DNA of 64,000 nucleotides from Patescibacteria group bacterium. Lineage in GTDB: Bacteria; Patescibacteriota; UBA1384; XYA2-FULL-43-10; 1-14-0-10-43-13. The notes beneath the pieces are model-generated. The model was not told the origin of the DNA. It worked only from the letters and a program-made list of their open reading frames with translations, and did not search any database. The DNA lies in NCBI GenBank assembly GCA_041666325.1, contig JBAYHC010000001.1, forward strand, positions 137,708-201,707, read 5' to 3'. Shown here piece after piece: positions 1-11,576 of the stretch (positions are counted from its first letter, which is position 1; every line of letters starts with the position of its first letter). The position numbers and the translations under genes are program-made.

Positions 1-514
1 TCTCCTGTTCGAATCCAAGAGGGATCTGAATCGGATAAGCGTTGCGTGACAATCTGGCGCGGACGGAATCAAGAGATCGATAAAAGTCACCACCAGTTTG
101 GTTGATTTTGTTGATAAAACAAATACGAGGAACGTGATAGTTGTCAGCTTGTCGCCAAACAGTTTCTGACTGTGGCTCTACCCCCATTTTGCCATCGAAA
201 ATTACAACGGCACCATCAAGAACACGAAGAGAACGCTCGACTTCTACAGTGAAGTCAACGTGGCCAGGAGTATCAATAATGTTGATACGATGTTCCTTCC
301 AAAAACATGTTGTGGCTGCTGAGGTAATTGTAATACCGCGCTCACGCTCTTGCTCCATCCAGTCCATGGTGGCTTGGCCTTCATGAACTTCACCAATCTT
401 ATGGACGCGTCCGGTGGTATACAAAATACCCTCTGTCACAGTAGTTTTTCCAGCATCGATATGAGCAATTGTTCCGATGTTGCGAATTTTCTCTAACGGG
501 TAATCTCGAGCCAT
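1..514 (-). CDS. fusA: Elongation factor G, N-terminal ~171 aa only; the gene continues past the window start
   Basis: Reverse-strand translation from ATG (complement of 512-514): [25 protein letters not shown]...[20 protein letters not shown]...[25 protein letters not shown]. The EF-G G-domain motifs are present. An RBS (AGGAG) lies upstream. Confidence 0.9.
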   Translation of the reverse strand, partial: MARDYPLEKIRNIGTIAHIDAGKTTVTEGILYTTGRVHKIGEVHEGQATMDWMEQERERGITITSAATTCFWKEHRINIIDTPGHVDFTVEVERSLRVLDGAVVIFDGKMGVEPQSETVWRQADNYHVPRICFINKINQTGGDFYRSLDSVRARLSRNAYPIQIPLGFEQE

Positions 515-535
515 AAGTCTCCTAATATCTTACGA

Positions 536-553
536 ATCCGCCAGCTGGCGGAA
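536..553. promoter_or_regulatory. Perfect 16-bp palindrome TCCGCCAGCTGGCGGA in the fusA 5' leader; possible operator or RNA stem
   Basis: Read directly from the sequence. It sits about 20 nt upstream of the fusA start on the minus strand. Confidence 0.3.
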
Positions 554-798
554 CGAATTTAACGAAATTACGAAATTACAAATGATTAAAACTTTAGTAT
601 AGTATTTGTTTGTAATTTTGTACTTTCGTGAGATTCGTATTTTGGTAGGGGTTTTTATGAAATAAAAACAAAAATTCCCTCTTTCTGCTTTCGTATTGTA
701 ACACAGAGACTCATTCTATGTCAACGAAGAAATTTCCAAATTTGGCAAACTTCTAAAGCATCGGTTAATATATATTAGTAATTAATCGAAGGGATTCT

Positions 799-1038
799 AT
801 GGCAAAAACAGAGGAATTTAAGGTCTCTGGCGAGGAAATTGTCAAAAAGGTTAAGGAGATCGTCAAAGAAGGTAATGTCCGCCGAATTATTATCAAGAAC
901 GAAAAGGGCGAGACTGTGATTGAGCTCCCTCTGACAATCGGTGCCATCGGAGCGCTCATTGCCCCAGCCCTCGCAGCGGTTGGCGCACTGGCTGCCCTGC
1001 TAACAAATTGCACGATAGTTGTTGAAAGAAAAGAATAG
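799..1038 (+). CDS. Small DUF4342-like protein (79 aa)
   Basis: MAKTEEFKVSGEEIVKKVKEIVKEGNVRRIIIKNEKGETVIELPLTIGAIGALIAPALAAVGALAALLTNCTIVVERKE. The pattern is recalled from DUF4342 family members. An AT-rich promoter-like region lies upstream (TTGGCA...TAATAT near 742-772). Confidence 0.55.
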   Translation: MAKTEEFKVSGEEIVKKVKEIVKEGNVRRIIIKNEKGETVIELPLTIGAIGALIAPALAAVGALAALLTNCTIVVERKE

Positions 1039-1045
1039 GGACTAA

Positions 1046-1225
1046 CTACTTCTTTGCGGATTGCAGGAGAGAGAAGAGCAGAAGCCCGAGACCAAAAAGT
1101 ACGAGCAACCCGCCCAAGGGAAAGATAATCAGAGCAAAGATGAATCCGAATATGACTGAAATTAATCCCACCGCAACCGATGGGCGGTTTTTGATTAGAT
1201 CTTCAATTATCTTCTGCAATCCCAT
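1046..1225 (-). CDS. Small hydrophobic membrane protein (59 aa)
   Basis: MGLQKIIEDLIKNRPSVAVGLISVIFGFIFALIIFPLGGLLVLFGLGLLLFSLLQSAKK. GGAGGA lies 4 nt upstream of this internal ATG. The ORF-track version starts at 1276. Confidence 0.5.
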   Translation of the reverse strand: MGLQKIIEDLIKNRPSVAVGLISVIFGFIFALIIFPLGGLLVLFGLGLLLFSLLQSAKK

Positions 1226-1280
1226 GATCCTCCATCCTTTATATAGATCAATTTCATAATAACGTACCCAGAGCAAAAAG

Positions 1281-1312
1281 AAAAACCGGCGGGCCGCGGG
1301 GCCCGCCGGCTG
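1281..1312 (-). terminator. Rho-independent terminator after the WD40 gene
   Basis: Perfect GC inverted repeat CCGGCGGGCC-GCGG-GGCCCGCCGG, followed on the minus strand by a T-run (GGTTTTTCTTTTT). Confidence 0.7.
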
Positions 1313-1317
1313 TATTG

Positions 1318-2295
1318 TTAGGGTGCAATCGCCTGTGGCGCAACTTCGTACCCGAGCCCACTGGCCCTGGTGACGATCAAACTTCCGTGCGTAGGCAGTG
1401 GCACGATCGATATCACCCTCGTACCGGCCTGTGGCACGATCGACGCCAACTTTCGACCAGAGGCATCAATCTGGATGATCTGGCCATCTTCCCCCCCAGA
1501 GAAGACAGACTGACCGTCGAGGGCGAACTCGAGCGAGGTGACCGGTCCATCGTGATGACATCTCTGCCACCGGATCCATGCCTGACCCGCGTGCGAGCTG
1601 GGATACGGCCGGCCCAGGTCGGCGAGGCCGACCCAGCCCTGATCTGTGCCTGCGACGACCAGTCCGCCATCAAGCGAAATCGCCAGCGATCTGATCGAAG
1701 CGGCGTTATCTACGTCAAATATCCGGTGTGTGCCACTCCGGATATCCCAGACCTTGACGGTACCACTCTCGCCCGCCTGGGCCAGATAGCATCCGTCTGG
1801 CGAGATAGCCATTAGTGGCGCCCAATAGTCAGGCACCATCACTCTCTTGATGGTCTCCCTCTGGACATCCCAGACTGTGACGACGCTGTTCCGGCCAGCG
1901 CAAGCACTGGCCAGGATCCTGCCGTCCGCCGCCAGAGCAATTGCGGCAACTTCCGCCGTGTGCTGCAAGGTAGTATGCGGCTGATCGATACGATTGTCGA
2001 TCAAACCCATCTTGACTTGGCAGCCTTCAGCGATAGTCGCAACAACACGGCTAACCGGCGCGAGCTGATACCCCCTACAGCCAGACAACAGTTTGTGACC
2101 GATCGAAGTGACGTAGGGGTGAACCATTCCGCACCAGCTCTGCGGCAACCAGGTATACACCTGGTTATGCGTACCGACTGCCAGTCTGTAACCACTCTGG
2201 CAGTAGCCGAGCAAGGTTGCTGGCCCCAACGGAGGACTCTGCTTCAGAATAAGCCGGTCCCCATCCAATACTGCATTACCACACGTCTCAGACAT
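1318..2295 (-). CDS. WD40-like beta-propeller protein (about 325 aa) on a GC-rich island (about 60% GC) inserted between rpsG and fusA
   Basis: WD repeats are clear, e.g. AISPDGCYLAQAGESGTVKVWDIRSG and VVTVWDVQRE. RBS GGAAGGAG lies 7 nt upstream of the ATG at 2293-2295. The ORF-track start at 2367 is probably read-through into the leader. Confidence 0.7.
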   Translation of the reverse strand: MSETCGNAVLDGDRLILKQSPPLGPATLLGYCQSGYRLAVGTHNQVYTWLPQSWCGMVHPYVTSIGHKLLSGCRGYQLAPVSRVVATIAEGCQVKMGLIDNRIDQPHTTLQHTAEVAAIALAADGRILASACAGRNSVVTVWDVQRETIKRVMVPDYWAPLMAISPDGCYLAQAGESGTVKVWDIRSGTHRIFDVDNAASIRSLAISLDGGLVVAGTDQGWVGLADLGRPYPSSHAGQAWIRWQRCHHDGPVTSLEFALDGQSVFSGGEDGQIIQIDASGRKLASIVPQAGTRVISIVPLPTHGSLIVTRASGLGYEVAPQAIAP

Positions 2296-2465
2296 TGTGT
2301 TTCTCCTTCCCGACTCTACTCCACCTACCACCTTAACTCGAGGCTGGGAAAGAGAGGCCCCGACCATTCGGGACGCTCTTAGACAGGCTTTGTCACGAGG
2401 ATACTACCGGTATTGCCTCAAACTATGCCTGAATTTCCAGGATTTGTAAAGATACACTAGAGACT

Positions 2466-2498
2466 AACAAAAAAGGAGACTCAACAATCTCCTCTTTT
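2466..2498. terminator. Hairpin terminator downstream of rpsG (GGAGAcTCAACAATCTCC flanked by A/T runs)
   Basis: Read directly from the sequence. It separates rpsG from the inserted WD40 gene. Confidence 0.5.
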
Positions 2499-2516
2499 GT
2501 AATTTTGATTGATTAT

Positions 2517-2993
2517 TTAGAACCGGGCGAAATGTGCGAAGGCCTTGTTGGCCTCGGCCATTCTATGTGTATCTTCCCGTTTCTTTATTGCGGAACCCTC
2601 GCCATGGAAGGCATCAATAAATTCCTTTGCAAGTTTGGTCGCCATTGGTTCGCCCTTCTTGGATCGAGCGGCCGCGATAATCCAACGAACGGCTAGGGTG
2701 TTGCGACGATCTCTGCCGACCTCGACTGGGACCTGGTAGTTCGCTCCGCCAATTCTCTTGCTTTTGATCTCAAGGATTGGACCGACATTTTTGAGAACCT
2801 GTTGATAGACATCCATCTGTGGGACGTTGAGCTCTTTGCTGGCCTGATCGAGAGCACCGTAAACAATTCTCTCGGCGACTGTCTTTTTGCCATTCTCCAT
2901 AATGTGATTCATCAACTTGGAAACAAGAGTGCTACCGTACTGAATGTCAGGTACGATCTCATGTCTTTTAATTTTTATGTGTCCTCGTGGCAT
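2517..2993 (-). CDS. rpsG: 30S ribosomal protein S7
   Basis: MPRGHIKIKRHEIVPDIQYGSTLVSKLMNHIMENGKKTVAERIVYGAL... Canonical S7, 158 aa. Confidence 0.95.
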   Translation of the reverse strand: MPRGHIKIKRHEIVPDIQYGSTLVSKLMNHIMENGKKTVAERIVYGALDQASKELNVPQMDVYQQVLKNVGPILEIKSKRIGGANYQVPVEVGRDRRNTLAVRWIIAAARSKKGEPMATKLAKEFIDAFHGEGSAIKKREDTHRMAEANKAFAHFARF

Positions 2994-3044
2994 GGTGTAG
3001 TTTCTTAATTAATAAAGTTTCTAAAGTTATTTGAGTTCTAACGA

Positions 3045-3464
3045 TTATTCGGTTGATCTCTTGGCGCCATATTTGCTTCTGGCTTTTTTGCGACCCTTTA
3101 CACCGCTAAGATCGAGTTTGCCTCGAACAATGTGGTATCGCATACCAGGAAGGTCTTTGACACGGCCGCCGCGGACAAGAACAACTGAGTGTTCTTGAAG
3201 TTGGTGACCTTCACCGCCGATATAGGCATTTACTTCCATACCGTTAGTCAGACGGACGCGAGCAAACTTTCGCAAAGCAGAGTTTGGCTTCTTTGGTGTC
3301 ATTGTGCCGACCTTGACACAAACGCCACGCTTAAAAGGAGACCCTTTATCAAGCTCAACCGGCTTATTTTTCAGATAGTTGAAAGTTGTCTTGATGGCAG
3401 TGGTCTTTGTCTTTTTCTGGACCTTAACTCTACCTTTTTTTACTAATTGACTAATTGTTGGCAT
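3045..3464 (-). CDS. rpsL: 30S ribosomal protein S12
   Basis: [21 protein letters not shown]...[59 protein letters not shown]. Canonical S12. Confidence 0.95.
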   Translation of the reverse strand: MPTISQLVKKGRVKVQKKTKTTAIKTTFNYLKNKPVELDKGSPFKRGVCVKVGTMTPKKPNSALRKFARVRLTNGMEVNAYIGGEGHQLQEHSVVLVRGGRVKDLPGMRYHIVRGKLDLSGVKGRKKARSKYGAKRSTE

Positions 3465-3608
3465 GGTTTTTCTTCTTAAGCTTAACTTAACAGATTAAAG
3501 TTTATCACAATTTTATGCGTATGTCAAAGGAAATACGATAGTGTGAGAGCTGAAGAGTAGAGAGTAATGCGTTAATTACTCTTTCCCTTCAAACTCTCAC
3601 ACATCCTT

Positions 3609-6600
3609 TTATCTATCTTTTAATCCTGTTCCAGCAGGTATCAAGCGTCCGATAATGACGTTCTCTTTGAGACCGAGCAGCGGATCAGATTTGCCAGCGA
3701 TGGCTGCATCAATCAAGACACTTGTAGTTTCCTGGAATGAAGCGGCAGAGAGCCAGCTCTCAGTCTTGATGGCGACGCGGGTAATACCCATGACAACATC
3801 TTCGATTTCGATCTGCTTCTTGCCAGCTTCCTTCAATGCCTTGTTCTTCTCCCTGAGTTGAATTCTATCGGTTACCTGCCCAGCAAGAAACTCGGAATCA
3901 CCTGGATCAGTAATGCGAACCTTCGAAAGCATCATTCGAACAATAACCTCTACGTGCTTGTCATTAATATCTTGTCCTTGTGATTCGTAAATCATTTGGA
4001 CCTGTTTAATAACATAGTTCTCAGTAGATTGTCGTCCGGCCAGTTTGAGGCTAGCCGCTAAATCATAGTGACCCTCTGTAATCGCATCGCCGCGCTTAAT
4101 CTCGTCACCTGTTTTAACCTTAAGCTGGATAATTCTAGGCGCTGCGTATTCCTTGACGATGTTGCCGAATCCGGCAACCTTCGCCTGGCCACCCTTAATC
4201 TTGATCTCACCTGCAAACTGGGTACGGATAGGTGCCTGATCTGCGGCTTCCGCCACGATCTGCTTAGCCTTGACTTGTTCGCCAGTCTTAACTGACCATT
4301 TGTATCCGTCTGGCAAAACGACATCGGTCGATCGTTCTCCGCGACCAGAGACAGTGATAATCGAAGTCCCGCTCTCCTCCCGCACGGAAACCTTGCCTTC
4401 AATCTCAGAGAGAATAGCTGGAGACTTTGGAATGCGAGCTTCGAACAGCTCCTCAACTCGAGGCAAACCTGATGTGATATCAAGACCAGCTGCGCCGCCA
4501 GTATGGAATGTGCGCATAGTAAGCTGTGTGCCTGGTTCACCGATTGCCTGAGCAGCAACGATACCAACCGTAGAACCAGCCTCAACCACATTACCTGTCG
4601 CAAGATCGAGTCCGTAACATTTTTTACACACACCTTTTTGGGATTCACAGGTAAGAAGGGAGAATATTTCAACTGATGAAATACCTGCCTCGTTGAACTT
4701 GGCAACTTCCGCGTCAGTAATAATGGTTCCAACTGCGACGCCAGCAACGCTCTTGCCAAGAATTCTTCCATGAATATATTTGTCCCAATCCTCGCCCAGG
4801 CTCTGATAGAAGGCCCTTGAAATTGTTCTCGTCTTGTCGGTACCGCAATCATCAGATGTAATAACAGTATCCTGAGAAACGTCAACGAGCCTTCGTGTCA
4901 AATACCCAGCCTCGGAGGTACGAAGAGCGGTATCAGCGCGACCCTTACGTGAACCGTGGGTCGATACGAAATATTCGAACACGGACAATCCTTCTTTGAA
5001 GTTGGATTTGATTGGAATTTCGATAATTTCACCGGTAGTATCCGCAACCAAACCCTTCATGCCGGAAACCTGAACAATCTGAGCGACATTACCACGAGCA
5101 CCAGAGCTCATGATGACGAAAAGATCGTTTTCCTTGGTGTAGCCCTTTAACATATCTCGCTCAACCTGAGCCTGAGCATTCATCCAGATCTCTACAGTCT
5201 TGGCATGGCGTTCCTCGTCACTGATCAAGCCTTGCTCATATTGTTTGTTGACAGTATCAACCATCTTCTCAGATTCGCCAATGACTGCATCCTTGGTGGG
5301 CGGAACATGAATGTCATTAACAGCGAAGGTCAGGCCTGAACGCTGCGAGTATGCAAAGCCTAGATCCTTTAGGTCGTCTACGAACTGAGCCGTGCGCTCC
5401 GTGCCATACATGCGATATATCTTATCAACGAAACGAGTAATACTCTTCTTATTCATGAGTTCGTTTAGGAAGCGAAGCTCTTCTGGGATAATTTCATTGA
5501 AGAGAACTCGTCCAACGGTAGTCTTGACAATCTCTCCTGATTTAACCTTTACGGTAATCTTGGCGACCAAAGCAATGATGCCCTGGTTGTAGGCCGAGAC
5601 TGCTTCATTCTCAGAAGCAAAGACCATGCCCTCGCCCTTCATGCCATCTTCAATCGAAGTGATGTAATAACTTCCAAGCACAATATCTTGGGACGGCGTA
5701 ACAACAGGGTCTCCGGATGCAGGCTTGAGCAGGTTATGGGCGGAAAGCATAATGGTTCTAGCTTCTTCCTGAGCCTTGTCCGAAAGAGGAAGGTGAACTG
5801 CCATTTGGTCTCCATCAAAGTCAGCATTGAAAGCAGCACAAACCAATGGGTGAATCTGAATAGCCTTGCCCTCGATCAAAACAGGCTGAAACGCCTGGAT
5901 ACCAAGTCGGTGCAGTGTTGGGGCACGGTTTAGAAGCACGTACTTGTTTTTAGTAATTTCTTCAAGAATGTCCCAAACGAAGGGCTCACCCTTTTCGATC
6001 AAACGTGTCGCATTTTTAACATTATGAACATAGCCGTCTGAGATAAGCCGACCGATAATAAACGGTTTGAATAACTCAAGGGCCATGATTTTTGGCAAAC
6101 CGCACTGATGGAGCTTTAGTCGTGGACCAACAACAATTACAGAACGGCCAGAGTAATCGACGCGCTTACCGAGAAGATTCTGACGGAAACGGCCTTGCTT
6201 GCCGCGCAGCATGTCTGAAAGTGATCGGAGTTTTCTCTTGCCGCCAGCCGATGAAGCAACTTTACCCTTGCGGGCAGAATTGTCAATCAACGCATCAACT
6301 GCCTCCTGAAGCATTCTTTTCTCATTTCGAGATATAACTTCAGGTGCACCTTGAGAAATTAAGCGCTTGAGACGGTTGTTCCTGTTAATAACACGGCGAT
6401 AAAGATCATTTAGGTCTGAAGCAGCAAAACGACCACCATCTAGCTGAACCATCGGACGCAAATCCGGCGGAATAACAGGCAGGCGGGTCATAACGAGCCA
6501 TGCTGGATCTATCTCTGCGCCCTTCATATTCTTTAGGGTACGCAAACGTTTTAGGACTCTTGCCCGGTTCAAACCGGTTTGTCGCTTGGTGCTCTCCTCA

Positions 6601-7343
6601 GAGTCAACGATCTCTTTATCAAGATCAACATGCTTGAGAAGCTCCAAAATGGCGTCTGCGCCAATTCCTACACGAATAATCTGACCATACTTCAGGTTTA
6701 GCTCATGGTATTCTAATTCAGAAATTATTCGTCCAACGTACAGACTCGAAAGCTCGGTCTTAGCTCGGCGGTATGCCTGCTCAACCTCAGCCTTGAGGTC
6801 TTCGGGATTTTCATCACCACCAGCGTTATTCTTGAGGTCCTCGAGATACTCTTTGTATTCCTTCTCCAGACTCTCCAGGCTGCTCTTCTGCAACTCTTCA
6901 TTAACACTCAGAATTACAAAGCTTGCAAAATAAACAATCTTTTCAACGTCAGTGAATGACATGTTTAAGACTGTTGAGATAATACTGGAAGCACCTCTGA
7001 TATACCAGATATGAGCAACAGGAACGGCTAGATCGATGTGACCCAAGCGGACGCGGCGAACCTGAGAACGGGTTACCTCAACGCCACACTTATCACAGAC
7101 AACGCCCTTATATCTGATTTTTCGGTACTTACCACAATAGCATTCCCAATCTTTTGTCGGTCCGAAAATCTTCTCATCAAACAAACCATCGCGCTCAGGT
7201 TTCTGCGTTCGATAGTTGATGGTCTCGGGTTTTTGAACCTCGCCATGGGACCAAGAAAGGATTTGTTCCGGTGAAGCGACCGAGAGTTTGATCGCCTCGA
7301 AGTCCGCAACATTGATCTGGTCTGCGACCTCAAAGTTTGCCAT
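3609..7343 (-). CDS. rpoC: DNA-directed RNA polymerase beta' subunit
   Basis: 1244 aa. Zinc-binding motif [23 protein letters not shown] and the [12 protein letters not shown] catalytic motif are present. Confidence 0.97.
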   Translation of the reverse strand: MANFEVADQINVADFEAIKLSVASPEQILSWSHGEVQKPETINYRTQKPERDGLFDEKIFGPTKDWECYCGKYRKIRYKGVVCDKCGVEVTRSQVRRVRLGHIDLAVPVAHIWYIRGASSIISTVLNMSFTDVEKIVYFASFVILSVNEELQKSSLESLEKEYKEYLEDLKNNAGGDENPEDLKAEVEQAYRRAKTELSSLYVGRIISELEYHELNLKYGQIIRVGIGADAILELLKHVDLDKEIVDSEESTKRQTGLNRARVLKRLRTLKNMKGAEIDPAWLVMTRLPVIPPDLRPMVQLDGGRFAASDLNDLYRRVINRNNRLKRLISQGAPEVISRNEKRMLQEAVDALIDNSARKGKVASSAGGKRKLRSLSDMLRGKQGRFRQNLLGKRVDYSGRSVIVVGPRLKLHQCGLPKIMALELFKPFIIGRLISDGYVHNVKNATRLIEKGEPFVWDILEEITKNKYVLLNRAPTLHRLGIQAFQPVLIEGKAIQIHPLVCAAFNADFDGDQMAVHLPLSDKAQEEARTIMLSAHNLLKPASGDPVVTPSQDIVLGSYYITSIEDGMKGEGMVFASENEAVSAYNQGIIALVAKITVKVKSGEIVKTTVGRVLFNEIIPEELRFLNELMNKKSITRFVDKIYRMYGTERTAQFVDDLKDLGFAYSQRSGLTFAVNDIHVPPTKDAVIGESEKMVDTVNKQYEQGLISDEERHAKTVEIWMNAQAQVERDMLKGYTKENDLFVIMSSGARGNVAQIVQVSGMKGLVADTTGEIIEIPIKSNFKEGLSVFEYFVSTHGSRKGRADTALRTSEAGYLTRRLVDVSQDTVITSDDCGTDKTRTISRAFYQSLGEDWDKYIHGRILGKSVAGVAVGTIITDAEVAKFNEAGISSVEIFSLLTCESQKGVCKKCYGLDLATGNVVEAGSTVGIVAAQAIGEPGTQLTMRTFHTGGAAGLDITSGLPRVEELFEARIPKSPAILSEIEGKVSVREESGTSIITVSGRGERSTDVVLPDGYKWSVKTGEQVKAKQIVAEAADQAPIRTQFAGEIKIKGGQAKVAGFGNIVKEYAAPRIIQLKVKTGDEIKRGDAITEGHYDLAASLKLAGRQSTENYVIKQVQMIYESQGQDINDKHVEVIVRMMLSKVRITDPGDSEFLAGQVTDRIQLREKNKALKEAGKKQIEIEDVVMGITRVAIKTESWLSAASFQETTSVLIDAAIAGKSDPLLGLKENVIIGRLIPAGTGLKDR

Positions 7344-7453
7344 TTAAGACTCCTTTTATAAGTAGGAGAGTCGGAGAGAGTGAGGGCCGAGAACTGGTAA
7401 GGAGTTTGCCCTGCCAGCTCTCACATTTGACGTTCTCACATTCTCACACTCAT

Positions 7454-10400
7454 TTATTCTTCAATTATTTCATCTGACTGAACATCATCTTCGACCTTCG
7501 TCTGCTGGGCTGCCAACTCAGTCAGGATTGCGTCAACATCCTCTTCTCTGTCCTTTTGTGGCAGTTCTTCACCTAATGCCTCAACGTCCATCGCTTCTGG
7601 TATGGCAATTGGCTCAACTGCTTCAACGTCTTCATGAATAGGAGCAACAACTTTAGGTGCAACAAGCTCAACAGATAGACCCAAGCTTTGCAATTCTTTA
7701 ACCATAACATTGAAGGCTTCTGGAATAAGTGGTTTCTGAATTTCCTCGCCCTTGATGATTGCTTCGTATGTTTTGCTTCTACCGACAACATCATCAGATT
7801 TAATCGTCAGCATTTCTTGCAAAGTATGTGCGGCGCCATAAGCCTCAAGTGCCCACACTTCCATCTCACCGAAGCGCTGTCCACCGAATTGCGCTTTACC
7901 ACCGAGTGGCTGCTGCGTAATCATTGAATAAGGACCAACACTTCGAGTGTGCATTTTATCATCAACTAAGTGGTGCAGTTTTAAGACATACATGATACCA
8001 ACGGTTGATTTGCGATCAAACGATTCGCCGGTGCGGCCATCGAACAGCTGGATCTTGCCGTCTGCCGGCAGACCTTCTTTTTTAAGGCGCTCTACAATAT
8101 CCTCGAATGTAATTCCCTCAAATGCAGGCGTAGCAACCTTGTAGCCGCCAGCGGACGCAGCTAAACCGAGATGAACTTCCAGAATTTGACCGACATTCAT
8201 ACGAGAAATGACACCGAGCGGATTCAAAACAACATCAACCGGACGTCCATCTGGCAAGAAAGGCATATCCTCTTCGTTTAAGATTGTGGAGATAACACCC
8301 TTGTTACCGTGACGACCAGCAAGTTTGTCGCCGATGGAGATTTTTCTGAGCTGGGCAACTGAAACCTCAACCATCTGATAAACACCTGATGGCAGCTCGT
8401 CGCCACTCTCCTTGGAGAAGAATCGAACATCAACAACCTTGCCCTGTTCGCCGTGTGGCAATCGAAGAGACGAATCTCGAACATCCTTGGCCTTTTCGCC
8501 GAAGATAGCTCTTAGAAGTTTCTCCTCAGATGAAAGTTCAGTTTCACCCTTCGGTAAAATCTTTCCAACCAAAATGTCACCGGCTTTTACATCGGCACCG
8601 ATTCGAACGATACCGTTTTCGTCCAGATTAGCCAAAGCCTCCTCGGAAACATTTGGAATATCCCGAGTAAGTAGCTCTGGACCGAGTTTGGTATCGCGAA
8701 CTTCAATTGAATATTGTTCAATATGGATTGAGGACAGAGCATGGTCCTTAACGAGACGGCTGGAGATAATAATAGCGTCTTCATAGTTGGAACCACCCCA
8801 GGACATGAACGCAACCAGGAGGTTTTGGCCCAAGGCCAGCTCGCCATGATCGGTTGCAGAAGAGTCTGCTATAACCTGCCCACCCCTTACCTTGTCACCA
8901 ACCCTAACTGTTGGGCGCTGGTTGATCGAGGTACCCTGGTTCGAGCGAGCATATTTCTCAAGAAAATACTCTGTCTCTTCGCCCTTCTTGTTTTTGAATT
9001 TGATAACGTCTGATGCAACTTTGGTGATCTCACCATCGCTCTCGGCAATAATAATCTGACCCGAGTCACGAGCGGCTGCGCGTTCTACGCCAGTTCCAAC
9101 AATTGGGGATTGAGGTCGAATCAAAGGAACAGCCTGGCGTTGCATGTTGGAACCCATCATGGCACGGGCACCATCATCGTGCTCAACGAAGGGAATAAGG
9201 GAGGTAGCAATAGAAATAATCTGTCGAGGTGAAACATCCATATACTCAACACGAGATGCTTCTGTGATCTCTGGCTCGCCATAAAGTCGAACGACGACGC
9301 GCTTGTCCTTAATAATGCCATTTTCATCAATCTCGACGGAAGCGGGCGCGATAATTGCCTTTTCCTCAGTACCGGCATCGAGGTAGACGATCTCATCAGT
9401 TACGTGCATTTTGCCGTTTTCGGCTCTAACTCTTCGGTAGGGAGTCTCTAGAAAACCAAACTCATTAATTCTGGAATAGCTTGAAAGATAACTCACCAAC
9501 CCAATATTTGGACCTTCTGGAGATTCGATAGGACAAATTCGACCATAGTGACTCTTGTGAACGTCGCGCACTTCAAAGCCGGCGCGCTCACGCGAAAGAC
9601 CGCCAGGACCGGTTGCCGACAAGGTGCGCTTATGCTCAAGCTCAGCCAAAGGATTGGTCTGGTTCATGAACTGGGAAAGCTGCGAGCTGGCAAAGAACTC
9701 CTGGAGAGCCGCAACAATAGGACGTGAATTGACTAAAGACGATGGAGTAATATCTCTTGGATCCGTAATACTCATGCGATCCTTGACGATTCGCTCAACA
9801 CGAAGAAGTCCAACTCGAACACGCCCCTGAATTGATTCACCAACAGCACGAATACGGCGATTCTTCAAATGGTCGGTGTCATCTGGCTCGGCGCCGGGAG
9901 TATTGTTAAGTCGGATAATTTCTTTGATGATTGCGACAACGTCATCGAGTCGAAGGGTTCTATTCTCGACTGTATTTGGAACATCAACATCAAGCCTCTG
10001 ATTGATCTTGTATCGTCCAACGCGACCCAAGTCATAGCGCTTGTGATTGTAAAACATTGCCTCGATAAAAGACTTGGCCGACTCAGCTGTTGCCAGATCG
10101 CCAGGTCTGATTCTTTTGTATGTCTCAACAAGTCCCTCTTCGTAATTTTCAGCCGGATCCTTGGATAAGGTAATATCGATGTACTTAGTATCAGGATTAG
10201 TGTCAACGTCAGTAAAAAGTTTCTGAATCTCTTCATTTGAGCCAACGCCAAGAGAACGCAAAAATGTCGTAATCGGGATGCGACGCTTACGATCAACCTT
10301 AACGGAAATAATACCCTTTGAGTTCGTCTCTATTTCGAGCCATGCTCCGCGAGATGGGATAATTTTGGCACCAAAGAAATTTTTGCCATTGATTCGCTCT

Positions 10401-10834
10401 GCGGTAAATAGTACGCCGTAGGAGCGAACAATCTGAGATACAACAACACGTTCAACGCCATTAATAATGAATGTTCCACGAGATGTCATCAGCGGGAAGT
10501 CTCCAAGAAAGACTTCACCCTCTTTGATCTCACCGCTCTGCTTGAAATGAAGTGATGCCTTAACACGAAGCGGTGCCTTGAAGGTTAAGTTTTTGGCGCG
10601 AGCGGTCTTCTCGTCCATCTTCGGTGGCTCGAGATAATAGTCATCAAAAGTCAGGCTGTACAACTCACCGGCAAAATCATTGATCGGTGAGATCTCATCT
10701 AAAAGTTCGCGCAATCCCTCCTTAAAAAACCATTCGTAGGACTTGGTTTGAATTTCAACCAGGTTCGGAAGTTCCTCCCAATGCGCCTCTGTTCTTGGCA
10801 AGACGCGCTCGATAGCCTTACTCTGTGCTGACAT
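7454..10834 (-). CDS. rpoB: DNA-directed RNA polymerase beta subunit, with an acidic C-terminal tail
   Basis: 1126 aa. Conserved blocks (e.g. [28 protein letters not shown]) are present. The last ~60 aa are strongly acidic. Confidence 0.97.
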   Translation of the reverse strand: MSAQSKAIERVLPRTEAHWEELPNLVEIQTKSYEWFFKEGLRELLDEISPINDFAGELYSLTFDDYYLEPPKMDEKTARAKNLTFKAPLRVKASLHFKQSGEIKEGEVFLGDFPLMTSRGTFIINGVERVVVSQIVRSYGVLFTAERINGKNFFGAKIIPSRGAWLEIETNSKGIISVKVDRKRRIPITTFLRSLGVGSNEEIQKLFTDVDTNPDTKYIDITLSKDPAENYEEGLVETYKRIRPGDLATAESAKSFIEAMFYNHKRYDLGRVGRYKINQRLDVDVPNTVENRTLRLDDVVAIIKEIIRLNNTPGAEPDDTDHLKNRRIRAVGESIQGRVRVGLLRVERIVKDRMSITDPRDITPSSLVNSRPIVAALQEFFASSQLSQFMNQTNPLAELEHKRTLSATGPGGLSRERAGFEVRDVHKSHYGRICPIESPEGPNIGLVSYLSSYSRINEFGFLETPYRRVRAENGKMHVTDEIVYLDAGTEEKAIIAPASVEIDENGIIKDKRVVVRLYGEPEITEASRVEYMDVSPRQIISIATSLIPFVEHDDGARAMMGSNMQRQAVPLIRPQSPIVGTGVERAAARDSGQIIIAESDGEITKVASDVIKFKNKKGEETEYFLEKYARSNQGTSINQRPTVRVGDKVRGGQVIADSSATDHGELALGQNLLVAFMSWGGSNYEDAIIISSRLVKDHALSSIHIEQYSIEVRDTKLGPELLTRDIPNVSEEALANLDENGIVRIGADVKAGDILVGKILPKGETELSSEEKLLRAIFGEKAKDVRDSSLRLPHGEQGKVVDVRFFSKESGDELPSGVYQMVEVSVAQLRKISIGDKLAGRHGNKGVISTILNEEDMPFLPDGRPVDVVLNPLGVISRMNVGQILEVHLGLAASAGGYKVATPAFEGITFEDIVERLKKEGLPADGKIQLFDGRTGESFDRKSTVGIMYVLKLHHLVDDKMHTRSVGPYSMITQQPLGGKAQFGGQRFGEMEVWALEAYGAAHTLQEMLTIKSDDVVGRSKTYEAIIKGEEIQKPLIPEAFNVMVKELQSLGLSVELVAPKVVAPIHEDVEAVEPIAIPEAMDVEALGEELPQKDREEDVDAILTELAAQQTKVEDDVQSDEIIEE

Positions 10835-11107
10835 TGCTCTCCTTTGAAAATTACCAAATTTAAGTTATTGAATGCTCCAGGACTCATTAACAAACCAAGA
10901 GTCCAGAAAATTTTTTGTTTCTGCCACCTAAAAACGCAAAAATTCCCCGGTTTGCCTGGGTAGCCGTTACTTCTCTATGAGAGTTGAGATCGTTTTCTTA
11001 ATCAATTGGCCAATTTATTTTAGTTTTTGAAAACATACTCAATTTAGCACAAAAAAGAATGTGTGTCAACACTGCATGTAATCAAATAACCACTTGTCAT
11101 AGGTATT

Positions 11108-11135
11108 CTATATGGAGGGCTGAAAGGGTGTCAAG
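11108..11135 (-). promoter_or_regulatory. Sigma70-like promoter (TTGACA-16-TATAGA) about 270 nt upstream of rpoB
   Basis: Read on the minus strand. A second TTGACA-17-TAAATT lies just downstream. Confidence 0.4.
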
Positions 11136-11139
11136 TGGA

Positions 11140-11170
11140 TAAAAAAGAAGCTCTGGGCAACACGCCCAGA
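11140..11170 (-). terminator. Rho-independent terminator ending the three-gene GC-rich operon
   Basis: CTCTGGGC-gtgtt-GCCCAGAG hairpin followed by CTTCTTTTTTATCC on the minus strand. Confidence 0.7.
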
Positions 11171-11192
11171 GCAAGATATCAAACGACTCGGA

Positions 11193-11576
11193 TTATCCAA
11201 ACTTCGGGCCAATAGTGGCTACACTGAGAGCTCGATTGCTAATACCCATCGAACGAAGCAATGCAGCGATTGTTTGCGGCTCAACCCTCACCTTGAGTTT
11301 GCCGCAGCGTAGCGAAACGCCGCGACCTTGCTCCGCCTCAACAATGTCGACACTGTCCTCGTTCCATCGAGGGTGGCACAGAATCTCTCGTGCACGAACA
11401 AGGGCAGACTCACGGGTCGGCCTGATAGCCGCAATCCCTGATTCAATGTCGTCAACTCGGCTTTCGACTCTCACTTCCCATATCTCACCGTCCACACCTC
11501 GGTCAATGGCCCAGTCGAATGCAAGCTTGATCAGTGCGTTGAGAAGATCAAGATCCGGCAGCTTGTTGTCCATCAC
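11193..11576 (-). CDS. Hypothetical protein (127 aa) on a GC-rich island, translationally coupled to the upstream beta-propeller gene (ATGA overlap)
   Basis: MMDNKLPDLDLLNALIKLAFDWAIDRGVDGEIWEVRV... No domain recognised. Confidence 0.5.
   Translation of the reverse strand: MMDNKLPDLDLLNALIKLAFDWAIDRGVDGEIWEVRVESRVDDIESGIAAIRPTRESALVRAREILCHPRWNEDSVDIVEAEQGRGVSLRCGKLKVRVEPQTIAALLRSMGISNRALSVATIGPKFG

Noticed and set aside
1385-1400. Possible DGR variable repeat: an 11-14-nt match (TGCGTAGGCAG) between the RT-upstream ncRNA and the WD40 gene at 1318-2295
   Set aside because: The match is too short. It is in antisense orientation relative to the candidate template and shows no adenine-specific mismatch pattern. 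It needs a computational TR/VR search.
4058-4885. 275-aa minus-strand ORF and other long ORFs inside rpoC and rpoB (e.g. 9865-10296)
   Set aside because: They are alternative frames within well-supported RNA polymerase genes.
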